Shown here piece by piece: positions 24,663 through 32,355 of a stretch of DNA of 32,355 nucleotides. Positions within the stretch are counted from its first letter, which is position 1. Every line of letters begins with the position of its first letter. Source of the stretch: Lachnospiraceae bacterium. Lineage in GTDB: Bacteria; Bacillota; Clostridia; Lachnospirales; Lachnospiraceae. Position numbers and translations under genes: made by a program. The stretch spans positions 1-32,355 of the forward strand of contig CAVJBW010000002.1 in the NCBI GenBank assembly GCA_963647625.1, written 5' to 3'. Below the pieces are notes generated by a model. It was not told the DNA's origin. It saw only the letters and a program-made list of their open reading frames with translations, and did not search any database.

Positions 24663-26162
24663 TTAGTTATGATAAAGCTTATTTCTCTCATACTTTGGTT
24701 CGCAAGTAATACGAATACCTAGCTGCTTGCACACTCCTACATCTACAGAAGATAAGATTACAGAAGAGTGGGCCTCAAGTCCCTGAAGCTGTGGCAGGCA
24801 AGCATAAGCCTTCTTGGCATTTTCATCTTGCAAAGCCCCCAAAGACAAGGCAATCAAGAGTTCATTGAGGTGAAGCAGTGGATTGTGATCTCCTAGATAG
24901 TTCAACTTGAGGTTCATAATTGGTGTCAGAACTTCTGGAGAAACAAGGTCTATTTCGTCTGGAATTCCTGCTAGATGCTTAAGGGCATTTAGCAGCATGG
25001 CAGAAGAAGCACCTAGTACAGAAGAAGTCTTTCCTGTAATAATGGTTCCATCTAACAGTTCAATCGCTGCTGCTGGAGCACCGGTCTGGTCTCCCTTGAC
25101 ATTAGCAGCACTAATAACAGGTCTATCGGTAATGGATATTCCTGCGGTTTCCATTAAAAGCTCTAATTTATTGACAGCACTATCTGTTCCTTCCCCTTTT
25201 CTCTTCGATACGAGAGCTTCATAATAACGACGGATAATCTCCTGCTTAGAGGCCTTGACGCAGACTTCGTCATCAATAATGCCATATCCTGCCATATTGA
25301 CTCCCATATCTGTTGGGGATTTGTATGGAGACTGTCCCATAATCTTTTCGAACATGGCCTTAAGAACAGGGAATACCTCCACATCACGGTTATAATTTAC
25401 GGTCGTTTCCTGATATGCTTCTAAGTGGAAAGGATCAATCATATTTACATCATCAAGATCTGCTGTCGCTGCTTCATAAGCAATATTGACAGGATGATTC
25501 AGTGGGAGATTCCATACTGGGAAGGTCTCATACTTGGCATATCCTGCCTTGATGCCATGCTTTTCTTCATGATAAAGCTGGGACAAGCAGACTGCCATCT
25601 TGCCACTTCCTGGTCCTGGAGCAGTAACAACTACCAGGGGACGGGTCGTTTCAATATAGTCATTTTTGCCAAATCCTTCATCGCTTACAATATGAGGCAC
25701 ATTGAAAGGATAGCCTTCAATAATATAATGTCTATAAACCTTTAGCCCTAAAGCCTTCAGCTTCTTTTCATAGGCAATCGCTGCTGGCTGCTCTGCAAAT
25801 TGAGTCAGTACCACACTTCCTACATAAAGTCCATAACTTGTAAAGGCATCAATGAGACGCAAAAGGTCTGCATCATAAGTGATTCCGAGATCTCCTCGAA
25901 CCTTATTTTTCTCAATATCTGCTGCCTTAATGGCAATGACGATCTCTGTCTTGTCTGCTAGAGACTTTAACATAGAGATCTTGGAATCTGGCTTAAATCC
26001 TGGCAAAACTCTTGATGCATGATAATCATCAAAGAGCTTTCCTCCAAATTCCATATATAACTTACCACCGAACTTGTCGATACGATCTTTGATATTTTTG
26101 GACTGTAGCTCAGTATACTTTTCATTGCTAAAACCAATGGGATTATTCTGCTGATTTGTCAT
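24663..26162 (-). CDS. DUF1846 (UPF0371) family protein
   Basis: LYMEFGGKLFDDYHASRVLPGF, APGPGSGK, YAKYETFPVWN and SPTDMGVN are typical of DUF1846. Confidence 0.9.
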   Translation of the reverse strand: MTNQQNNPIGFSNEKYTELQSKNIKDRIDKFGGKLYMEFGGKLFDDYHASRVLPGFKPDSKISMLKSLADKTEIVIAIKAADIEKNKVRGDLGITYDADLLRLIDAFTSYGLYVGSVVLTQFAEQPAAIAYEKKLKALGLKVYRHYIIEGYPFNVPHIVSDEGFGKNDYIETTRPLVVVTAPGPGSGKMAVCLSQLYHEEKHGIKAGYAKYETFPVWNLPLNHPVNIAYEAATADLDDVNMIDPFHLEAYQETTVNYNRDVEVFPVLKAMFEKIMGQSPYKSPTDMGVNMAGYGIIDDEVCVKASKQEIIRRYYEALVSKRKGEGTDSAVNKLELLMETAGISITDRPVISAANVKGDQTGAPAAAIELLDGTIITGKTSSVLGASSAMLLNALKHLAGIPDEIDLVSPEVLTPIMNLKLNYLGDHNPLLHLNELLIALSLGALQDENAKKAYACLPQLQGLEAHSSVILSSVDVGVCKQLGIRITCEPKYERNKLYHN

Positions 26163-26208
26163 ATCATTGTTCCTTTCTACTTACTTTTAACGACTCTCTC
26201 AACCTTTT

Positions 26209-26236
26209 ATTTTACTGCATATCAAGGGTTTGTCAA
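26209..26236 (-). promoter_or_regulatory. Sigma-A promoter upstream of DUF1846
   Basis: TTGACA-16 bp-TAAAAT. Confidence 0.65.
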
Positions 26237-26244
26237 TCGGGCTT

Positions 26245-27822
26245 TCACTTTTCATTTTCCCTTTTGGCATCTTCATACTTTCCAGCCTTAATAAGGGCCT
26301 TGACTTTCATTTCTTTTTCGATTCGAAGTCGCTCCCCTTCGAAGATATCACTTGAAAAATATTTTTTATAAATGGATTTGCTATAGGCTCTCTTGCTCAT
26401 CTGACGCACCTTGCCATCTTCTAGAAGGAAAACCTTTTGGGCGCAGCCCATGACTGCAAATAAATCATGGCTTACCATCAGCACGCTTCCAGGGTATTCT
26501 TTGATTGCCTTTTCCAAAGCAAGCTGGGCATAAATATCCAAGTGACTGGTGGGTTCATCTAATAAAAGGGCCTGGTAAGAATGCTGGCACAGACTTTCTA
26601 GCTGCTTTTGGTTTCGTTCTCCACCAGATAATTGTTCTTCCTCCTTAGCCGTTACAATCTGCTTGAAATATCCTACTTTTTCATGATCTAGTCTTTCATA
26701 TAGATCTCGTAACAAAGAGGACTTGCCCGTTCCATTTACTCCTACGATAGCCACCTTTTCTCCCGGTGCAATGGAAAAAGAGATGTCCTTGATCAGCTGT
26801 TTTTCTCCATAAGACAGACTATAGTGCGCCAACTCTATTCCTTCTATGGCCTCATTTTGGTCAAATCCTAGATGAAACTCATGCTCTGGTGCTTCTATAT
26901 AAGGGTCTTCGCCTCGCATCTTTTCTAATCTTGCAATATAACTTGCTCTTGCCTTCAACTGTTTGCCAGCCTTGGGCATTGCGGTCTGCTCTGCTGCCGT
27001 CTGAATTCTCTTGACCACTTCCTCTTGCCTTTTTAAAAATTCATCAAAGTCTCTAGCATGGCAAAAGAGTTCTATTTTATTACCCAGCATCCAGGTATTG
27101 TACTCTGCATAATTTCCTGGAAATTCTATGATATTTTTATTTTCAATATCCAAGATCTTGTCAAAGCATTGGCTCAGCAAGAGGCGGCTATGGGTAATTA
27201 CCAGTAAGGTTCCATCATAATGATTGATCATTTTCATAAGAGAAAGGAGATTTTCAAAATCCAGAAAAACATCCGGCTCATCCATAATTAAGAGCTGCGG
27301 CTTTAGGAGCATATTACGAAGGATAAACAAAAGCTTATATTCCCCTCCGCTTAAAGAATCTACCTCTTGGTCTTTCAATCCTTCAAGTCCTGCTGCGGCA
27401 AGTTCTTTTCCTATGTTGGCTTCATATTGATAGGCATCTACTGCTTCGATTTCATCTAGAAGCTTTTGATATTCTTCATAGGCCTGATCCATATCTTCCG
27501 ACTGGCCCATTTGCATGCATAGCTCATCTGAGCGAGCAAGGAGTTCTACAAAGGGCATAGCTAGAAAGTCAAAGACCTTATAGGTGCTGCTTTGTTGCTC
27601 TACGAACTGGCTGACATAGCCGATACGTTCTCCTTTCGAAAAGCGGATCCGTCCTTCATAGGTATATTGATCTTCTTGCATCAGCAATTTCACAAGACTA
27701 CTTTTTCCACAGCCATTACTGCCGATCAAAGCAATATGGTCTCCATTATTAATTTCAAAAGAAATATTTTCATATAAATCCTTTTGGGGAAATCCAAAAG
27801 ATACCTGTTCAAATCTAATCAA
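26245..27822 (-). CDS. ABC-F family ATPase (two ABC domains, no TM helices)
   Basis: GSNGCGKS/LSGGE/MDEP and GVNGTGKS/LSGGE/LDEPTSHLD. TTG start after an AAGGTG RBS. Confidence 0.88.
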   Translation of the reverse strand: MIRFEQVSFGFPQKDLYENISFEINNGDHIALIGSNGCGKSSLVKLLMQEDQYTYEGRIRFSKGERIGYVSQFVEQQSSTYKVFDFLAMPFVELLARSDELCMQMGQSEDMDQAYEEYQKLLDEIEAVDAYQYEANIGKELAAAGLEGLKDQEVDSLSGGEYKLLFILRNMLLKPQLLIMDEPDVFLDFENLLSLMKMINHYDGTLLVITHSRLLLSQCFDKILDIENKNIIEFPGNYAEYNTWMLGNKIELFCHARDFDEFLKRQEEVVKRIQTAAEQTAMPKAGKQLKARASYIARLEKMRGEDPYIEAPEHEFHLGFDQNEAIEGIELAHYSLSYGEKQLIKDISFSIAPGEKVAIVGVNGTGKSSLLRDLYERLDHEKVGYFKQIVTAKEEEQLSGGERNQKQLESLCQHSYQALLLDEPTSHLDIYAQLALEKAIKEYPGSVLMVSHDLFAVMGCAQKVFLLEDGKVRQMSKRAYSKSIYKKYFSSDIFEGERLRIEKEMKVKALIKAGKYEDAKRENEK

Positions 27823-27911
27823 ATCTATTCACCTTTCCATGGATTCTTTCAACATTGATTCTACTAGAGAGTAACTGATTTTACCTCGTCTTGCAAGGTG
27901 GTCAAAGGAGA

Positions 27912-27949
27912 GAAAAAAAGAAAAACACTTAGGCTCCCCACCTAAGTGT
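27912..27949 (-). terminator. Intrinsic terminator of the feo operon
   Basis: Minus strand ACACTTAGG-tggggag-CCTAAGTGT-TTTTCTTTTTT. Confidence 0.88.
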
Positions 27950-27959
27950 CTATCATTCT

Positions 27960-28214
27960 TTATTTCTTTCTCCCAAAGAGGCCTTTTTTCTCATAGGGCT
28001 CACTGCTATAGGAAGTTACCACGTATCCTGTTGGATCAATGGCATCGTGAATATCTAGTTCAGAAATTTCTTCTTCTGCGATAATCTCTGTTCGCTTCTT
28101 AGAAGCGGAGGAAGAGACTTTTTTCACTTTGAATTTTTTGCGAATCGTATCATTGATATGAGATTCACACATACCGCAGCTCATACCATCGATTCCTACT
28201 GTCATCTTGTACAT
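27960..28214 (-). CDS. Heavy-metal-associated (HMA/CopZ-like) protein (84 aa)
   Basis: IDGMSCGMCESHI. ATG 28214 follows AAAGGAG. Confidence 0.88.
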   Translation of the reverse strand: MYKMTVGIDGMSCGMCESHINDTIRKKFKVKKVSSSASKKRTEIIAEEEISELDIHDAIDPTGYVVTSYSSEPYEKKGLFGRKK

Positions 28215-28228
28215 AGACCTGCTCCTTT

Positions 28229-28405
28229 CTATTTGCAATCACACTTCGCCTTTTTGTGGACTCTTGCTTTTTTTGCCGAACCACAATGAGAGCAATCTCC
28301 GTCACAGCCCCCAATGGATCTTCCATTTTTTACATTTTGAATCATTTTGGCTACACATAAAGCCACCAATATAAATACAATTGCTACTACGATAATATCA
28401 ACCAT
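28229..28405 (-). CDS. FeoB-associated Cys-rich membrane protein (58 aa; not in ORF track)
   Basis: Hand translation: MVDIIVVAIVFILVALCVAKMIQNVKNGRSIGGCDGDCSHCGSAKKARVHKKAKCDCK. GAGGT RBS. Confidence 0.88.
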   Translation of the reverse strand: MVDIIVVAIVFILVALCVAKMIQNVKNGRSIGGCDGDCSHCGSAKKARVHKKAKCDCK

Positions 28406-28463
28406 ACTTGGTTACCTCACTTTTTTATAGAATACTCATTTCAAGGTTACACATACATAGGAA

Positions 28464-28489
28464 GGGGAAACGAACAAGTCCGCTTCCCC
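28464..28489 (-). other. Intra-operon GC-rich hairpin
   Basis: Minus strand GGGGAAGCGGA-cttg-TTCGTTTCCCC with G-U pairs and a weak U tract. Confidence 0.65.
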
Positions 28490-28500
28490 CATGATATCAC

Positions 28501-28605
28501 TTATTTGAAGAAATGAATAATCAAACGAATTCCACCGATAATTAATAGCAAAATGATGATTAAAACTATAATATCCGTTCCGGTAATAGGCGTATTTGCA
28601 TTCAT
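28501..28605 (-). CDS. 34-aa single-TM microprotein (not in ORF track)
   Basis: MNANTPITGTDIIVLIIILLLIIGGIRLIIHFFK. The TAAGGAG RBS overlaps the feoB stop codon. Confidence 0.75.
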   Translation of the reverse strand: MNANTPITGTDIIVLIIILLLIIGGIRLIIHFFK

Positions 28606-28617
28606 TTATAAGTCTCC

Positions 28618-30774
28618 TTATGCAGCCATTGTAGAAGCCTTAAGTGGTGACTTTGCTGGCTTTCTAACTAATAAGTAGATAAATACAATCAGTACGATAA
28701 TTGCTGCAACTGTTCCAGCGCCAAATGTAACATCTCCTGTAACAAGTCCTACGAACTGATAAATCATTAATGTTAAGCAATAAGCAAATACATTCTGGAA
28801 TAAGATTGCCTTAAATGTCCACTTCTTGTCTCCCATTTCTTTTGCCATGGTAGAAAGAGCAGCAAGGCAAGGTGAATCCAAAAGATTGAATACCAAGAAT
28901 GAGAATGCTGCAGTTGCTGTTGGGAAGAATGCTGCAAACTGCTGATGATATTCAATAGCATATTCTTCAACATCCTGAAGTCCTGCAAGAAGAGCCATGG
29001 TTGATACGATACCTTCTTTTGCAACGAATCCAGAAAGAGAAGCTGCAACGGCCTGCCATGTACCAAATCCAAGAGGACGGAAGATGATAGCAATGACTCC
29101 ACCAATAGAAGCAAGTAAGCAATCATCAGTATCTACAAGTCCGAATCCATCTGGTCCGAATCCGAAGCTTCCAAGGAACCACATTACTGCACAGCATACG
29201 AACAAGATTGTTCCTGCTTTCTTAAGGAATGACCATACTCTTTCCCATACGTGAATCAAGATTGTCTTCAAAGAAGGAATATGATACTGAGGAAGTTCCA
29301 TAACGAATGGTGCTGGATCTCCTGAGAACATCTTGGTCTTCTTGAGCATAATACAGCCAAGGATAACAGAACCAATTCCGATAAAATACATAATTGGTGA
29401 TACCCACCAAAGTCCTTCATTACCACCTGTTGCAAGTACACCTGCGATTAAGGCGATAACTGGAAGTTTTGCTCCACATGGAATCCATGTAGTTGTCATC
29501 ATAGTCATACGACGGTCTTTGTCATTTTCAATAGTACGAGTACCCATGATTCCAGGAACTCCACATCCTGATGAAATAAGGAATGGGATGAAGGATTTTC
29601 CTGAAAGACCGAACTTACGGAAGATACGGTCCATGATAAATGCTACACGAGCCATGTATCCGCAGTCTTCAAGGATAGATAGCAAGAAGAATACGATTGC
29701 CATCTGTGGTGCAAATCCGATTGGAGCTGCAATACCACCGATGATACCATCTACTACAAGAGAAACAACCCATTCAGATGCACCAGCATTTTCAAGAAGT
29801 GCTTGTACTCCTGGCTGAATCCATGTACCAAACAAAGTATCATTGGTCCAGTCTGTTACGATTGTACCTAGAGAAGATACCGCAATATAATATACTAAGA
29901 ACATAACTCCAACAAAGATTGGTAGGGCAAGAATACGGTTGGTGATAATGCGGTCTACCTTGTCGGAAGTTGTCATTCCCTTTTGTGATTTCTTTAGGAC
30001 ATCATGAATGATGGTTCCGATGAAGTTATATCTTTCACCTGTAATGATTGATTCTGCATCATCATCCATTTCATCTTCTGCAGCCTTAATATCTTTTTCA
30101 ATATGTGCAATCTGCTCTGCGCTAAGTCCAAGCTTTTCTTGAATCTTCTCATCACGCTCAAAAAGCTTGATTGCATGCCAACGCTGCTTATTGTCATCCA
30201 TATCATGAAGGCAAAGCTCTTCTACATGAGCAAGTGCATGCTCAACGACGCCGGAATAGCTATGCTTTACAGCTGCAGGCTTTCCAGCCTTTGCAATCTC
30301 GATTGCCTTGTCAACAGCCTTGTCTAGTCCTTTTCCCTTCAAAGCAGAAATCTCTACTACAGGAACACCAAGGACATCTGCCATCTTGTCAATAAATAAT
30401 TTGTCACCATTCTTATGAACCAAGTCCATCATGTTGACTGCAACAACAACTGGAAGTCCTACTTCTACAAGCTGTGTTGTCAAATAAAGGTTACGCTCTA
30501 AGTTGGTTCCATCGATGATATTCAAGATTACATCTGGATTTTCATCGATTAAGTAATTACGAGCTACCACCTCTTCAAGAGTATATGGTGAAAGTGAATA
30601 AATACCTGGTAAGTCAGTAATGGTAATTTCTTTATTCCCTTTATACTTTCCTTCTTTCTTTTCTACAGTTACACCTGGCCAGTTACCTACGTACTGGTTA
30701 GCTCCGGTAAGGGCGTTAAAAAGCGTTGTCTTACCGCAGTTTGGATTACCTGCTAATGCGATAGTAATACCCAT
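28618..30774 (-). CDS. feoB: Ferrous iron transporter B
   Basis: GNPNCGKT, VGNWPGVTVE, DLPGIYSL, NMMD, GKSFIP, PCGAKLP and FVMELP. Confidence 0.98.
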   Translation of the reverse strand: MGITIALAGNPNCGKTTLFNALTGANQYVGNWPGVTVEKKEGKYKGNKEITITDLPGIYSLSPYTLEEVVARNYLIDENPDVILNIIDGTNLERNLYLTTQLVEVGLPVVVAVNMMDLVHKNGDKLFIDKMADVLGVPVVEISALKGKGLDKAVDKAIEIAKAGKPAAVKHSYSGVVEHALAHVEELCLHDMDDNKQRWHAIKLFERDEKIQEKLGLSAEQIAHIEKDIKAAEDEMDDDAESIITGERYNFIGTIIHDVLKKSQKGMTTSDKVDRIITNRILALPIFVGVMFLVYYIAVSSLGTIVTDWTNDTLFGTWIQPGVQALLENAGASEWVVSLVVDGIIGGIAAPIGFAPQMAIVFFLLSILEDCGYMARVAFIMDRIFRKFGLSGKSFIPFLISSGCGVPGIMGTRTIENDKDRRMTMMTTTWIPCGAKLPVIALIAGVLATGGNEGLWWVSPIMYFIGIGSVILGCIMLKKTKMFSGDPAPFVMELPQYHIPSLKTILIHVWERVWSFLKKAGTILFVCCAVMWFLGSFGFGPDGFGLVDTDDCLLASIGGVIAIIFRPLGFGTWQAVAASLSGFVAKEGIVSTMALLAGLQDVEEYAIEYHQQFAAFFPTATAAFSFLVFNLLDSPCLAALSTMAKEMGDKKWTFKAILFQNVFAYCLTLMIYQFVGLVTGDVTFGAGTVAAIIVLIVFIYLLVRKPAKSPLKASTMAA

Positions 30775-30800
30775 CTTTCTAGTTCCTCCCTAAATTCTTC

Positions 30801-31022
30801 TTACTCTACTTCAATCTTGTCAGCTTCATTGTTACGAATGGATAATTCAAATCCACGGACAGTTACCTCGATAGGATCTCCAAGTGGAGCAACCTTGCGG
30901 ACATATATTTCCACACCTTTGGTAATTCCCATGTCCATGATGCGTCGTTTGATTCCACCTTCACCGTGAAGCTTCACAACCTTGGCACTTTCGCCAACTT
31001 TTACATCTTTCAGTGTTTTCAT
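30801..31022 (-). CDS. feoA: FeoA protein
   Basis: RRIMDMGIT, APLGDPIE and RGFELSIR. Confidence 0.95.
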   Translation of the reverse strand: MKTLKDVKVGESAKVVKLHGEGGIKRRIMDMGITKGVEIYVRKVAPLGDPIEVTVRGFELSIRNNEADKIEVE

Positions 31023-31042
31023 ATGACTCTCCTTTTTGTGGG

Positions 31043-31255
31043 CTAGACAAAAATCTTGCTAGCCAATTCTTTATTAATAGCCACGCGAGCTTCCTTGACA
31101 TTGACAATCAAGTTGCCATCTAAGTCCGAAACAACTGTAATCTGTGCTCCTGGCACAAACCCCAGATCTGCTAAGTGTTTCTTCATTTCGTCTCGTCCGC
31201 CTACGCGCTTAATAATCTGCACTTCTCCCTTCGGAGCAAGTAATACTGGTACCAT
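31043..31255 (-). CDS. feoA: FeoA protein (second, divergent copy)
   Basis: HLADLGFVPG and VKEARVAINKELASKI. Confidence 0.9.
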   Translation of the reverse strand: MVPVLLAPKGEVQIIKRVGGRDEMKKHLADLGFVPGAQITVVSDLDGNLIVNVKEARVAINKELASKIFV

Positions 31256-31339
31256 CTAACTAATCTTCCTTTCATAGGCTTAACTTTAGTCGTAATATAT
31301 TTACCACAATTTTTTTACAAAATCAACCTCTAAATTAAA

Positions 31340-31357
31340 TTAGTTTTAAAAAACTAA
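31340..31357. promoter_or_regulatory. Palindrome upstream of feoA, candidate metalloregulator box
   Basis: TTAGTTTT-AA-AAAACTAA. Confidence 0.4.
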
Positions 31358-31396
31358 AAAGAGCAACAAGAAACTTGTGCATCTTGTTGCTCTTTT
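31356..31396 (-). terminator. Intrinsic terminator
   Basis: AAAAGAGCAACAAGA...TCTTGTTGCTCTTTT, 15-bp arms, after the 254-aa gene. Confidence 0.85.
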
Positions 31397-31442
31397 ATAT
31401 TCGTTTATGTGTATTTTTATTAGAATCACCTAATCTGGCATC

Positions 31443-32207
31443 CTAGGCAGGCCTCTTCACATACTGGTCCCACTTTTCCAAAAAGAGCTGGAGTCTTTCC
31501 TCATCTGTCCTCTTTCTGATCATGGAATTCTTAATTTCATTTGCTGCTAAGTCTCGCATTTGTCTAATTTCAATGCGATGCTGGTACAAATAGTCTGCCA
31601 TGGTATAGATCTTATAATAAAGATCATATTGGTGCCCTTCCGTGAAAGGAATCCCTCTGCTAAAGTTCCAATCTTTCACTTCTAGGATATGATCCAAGAT
31701 ATAGTCATGCCAATATCCAAATGGATATCTGCTTCCTACAATCACTTCCCGCCTTGCTTTACTACTATATGCAATATTGCCATCACAAGAGTAATCTGTC
31801 TCTACCCCACAAGCTGTGATGGCTTTTACATAATAGGCCACATAAGGCTCTAGCCAGCTTACTTGTACCTTGGGGCCACAAGAGCGCAGCTTTAGCTGAT
31901 CCCATCTTGAGGCTTGAAACACGCACTCCATTCCAATCTTTTGATCATGTTCAAATAAAGCAATGGCATCTTCATATCTAGCATCCGGACCTAGTATGAG
32001 CTCATCTTCTACTAAGTAGCCTAAGTGATGTTCTTTTAGAAGAGCATCTAAATACTCAAAATCCTTTGGATGAGCATTATCGCTTAGGATCATTTTACCT
32101 GCTTTACGATCTAGCAAAAACCCCCTTGCCATTAATATACGAAAGATCTTGTCCTCTCTAGTACAGTCATTTTGCGTTATTTTTTCAAAGAACTCTTCCT
32201 TTGTCAC
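31443..32207 (-). CDS. Hypothetical protein (254 aa)
   Basis: Long ORF with an AAAGGGTG RBS, a GTG start and a downstream terminator. Confidence 0.8.
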   Translation of the reverse strand: MTKEEFFEKITQNDCTREDKIFRILMARGFLLDRKAGKMILSDNAHPKDFEYLDALLKEHHLGYLVEDELILGPDARYEDAIALFEHDQKIGMECVFQASRWDQLKLRSCGPKVQVSWLEPYVAYYVKAITACGVETDYSCDGNIAYSSKARREVIVGSRYPFGYWHDYILDHILEVKDWNFSRGIPFTEGHQYDLYYKIYTMADYLYQHRIEIRQMRDLAANEIKNSMIRKRTDEERLQLFLEKWDQYVKRPA

Positions 32208-32238
32208 TATGCATCACCCTTTCTATCACAGACGAATC

Positions 32239-32355
32239 TTAATAAATATCGTCCTCATAATCATCAATCACATCTTCTTCACTAGCTCTTTCGTCATAAT
32301 CATCTAGATCTTCCCGATCCCAGATCTCGTTATCAACATCATATCTGTCATCATC
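32239..32355 (-). CDS. 3' end of a CDS with a highly acidic C-terminal tail (truncated by the window edge)
   Basis: Open frame DDDRYDVDNEIWDREDLDDYDERASEEDVIDDYEDDIY* from the window edge. Confidence 0.65.
   Translation of the reverse strand, partial: DDDRYDVDNEIWDREDLDDYDERASEEDVIDDYEDDIY

Noticed and set aside
2051..31259. Many short antisense or out-of-frame ORFs in the track (e.g. 14071-14523, 15625-16176, 29333-29818, 11331-11615)
   Set aside because: They overlap well-supported genes or the riboswitch and lack RBSs or motifs, so they are shadow ORFs.
1..32355. TAG recoding or pyrrolysine, suggested by frequent CTAG and TAG stops
   Set aside because: TAG-ending genes (queF, folE, NUDIX, MATE) are full length, and no gene is interrupted by an in-frame TAG.
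1..32355. CRISPR arrays, IS elements, prophage, tRNA/rRNA
   Set aside because: No spaced direct repeats, transposase or integrase ORFs, or structural RNA signatures. The intergenic gaps are short and explained.

Overview
A 32 kb chromosomal segment from a low-GC anaerobic Bacillota. The gene content and sigma-A promoters with GGAGG ribosome-binding sites suggest Clostridia, probably Lachnospiraceae-like; this is inference. I see no phage, IS, CRISPR, rRNA or tRNA. Recognisable blocks: azlC-azlD-sufS-like-hypothetical; an Hcp-fragment plus ferredoxin pair behind a Crp/Fnr-type palindrome; a preQ1-I riboswitch-controlled queD-queE-folE-queC-queF operon running into glucokinase, a methyltransferase and a NUDIX gene; a hydantoinase/oxoprolinase divergent from a MATE exporter; a beta carbonic anhydrase; a large flavin/Fe-S oxidoreductase; an OatA-like O-acyltransferase; a DUF1846 gene followed by two different LeuD/LeuC-like aconitase-family pairs (D-C-D-C); an ABC-F protein with a shortened second ATPase domain; and a feoA-feoA-feoB operon extended by two small membrane ORFs missing from the ORF track plus an HMA protein. 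The best candidates for undescribed biology are the DUF1846 + double hydro-lyase operon, the minimal Hcp-like operon and the feoB-linked microprotein. All family calls come from motif recognition by eye, not from database searches.
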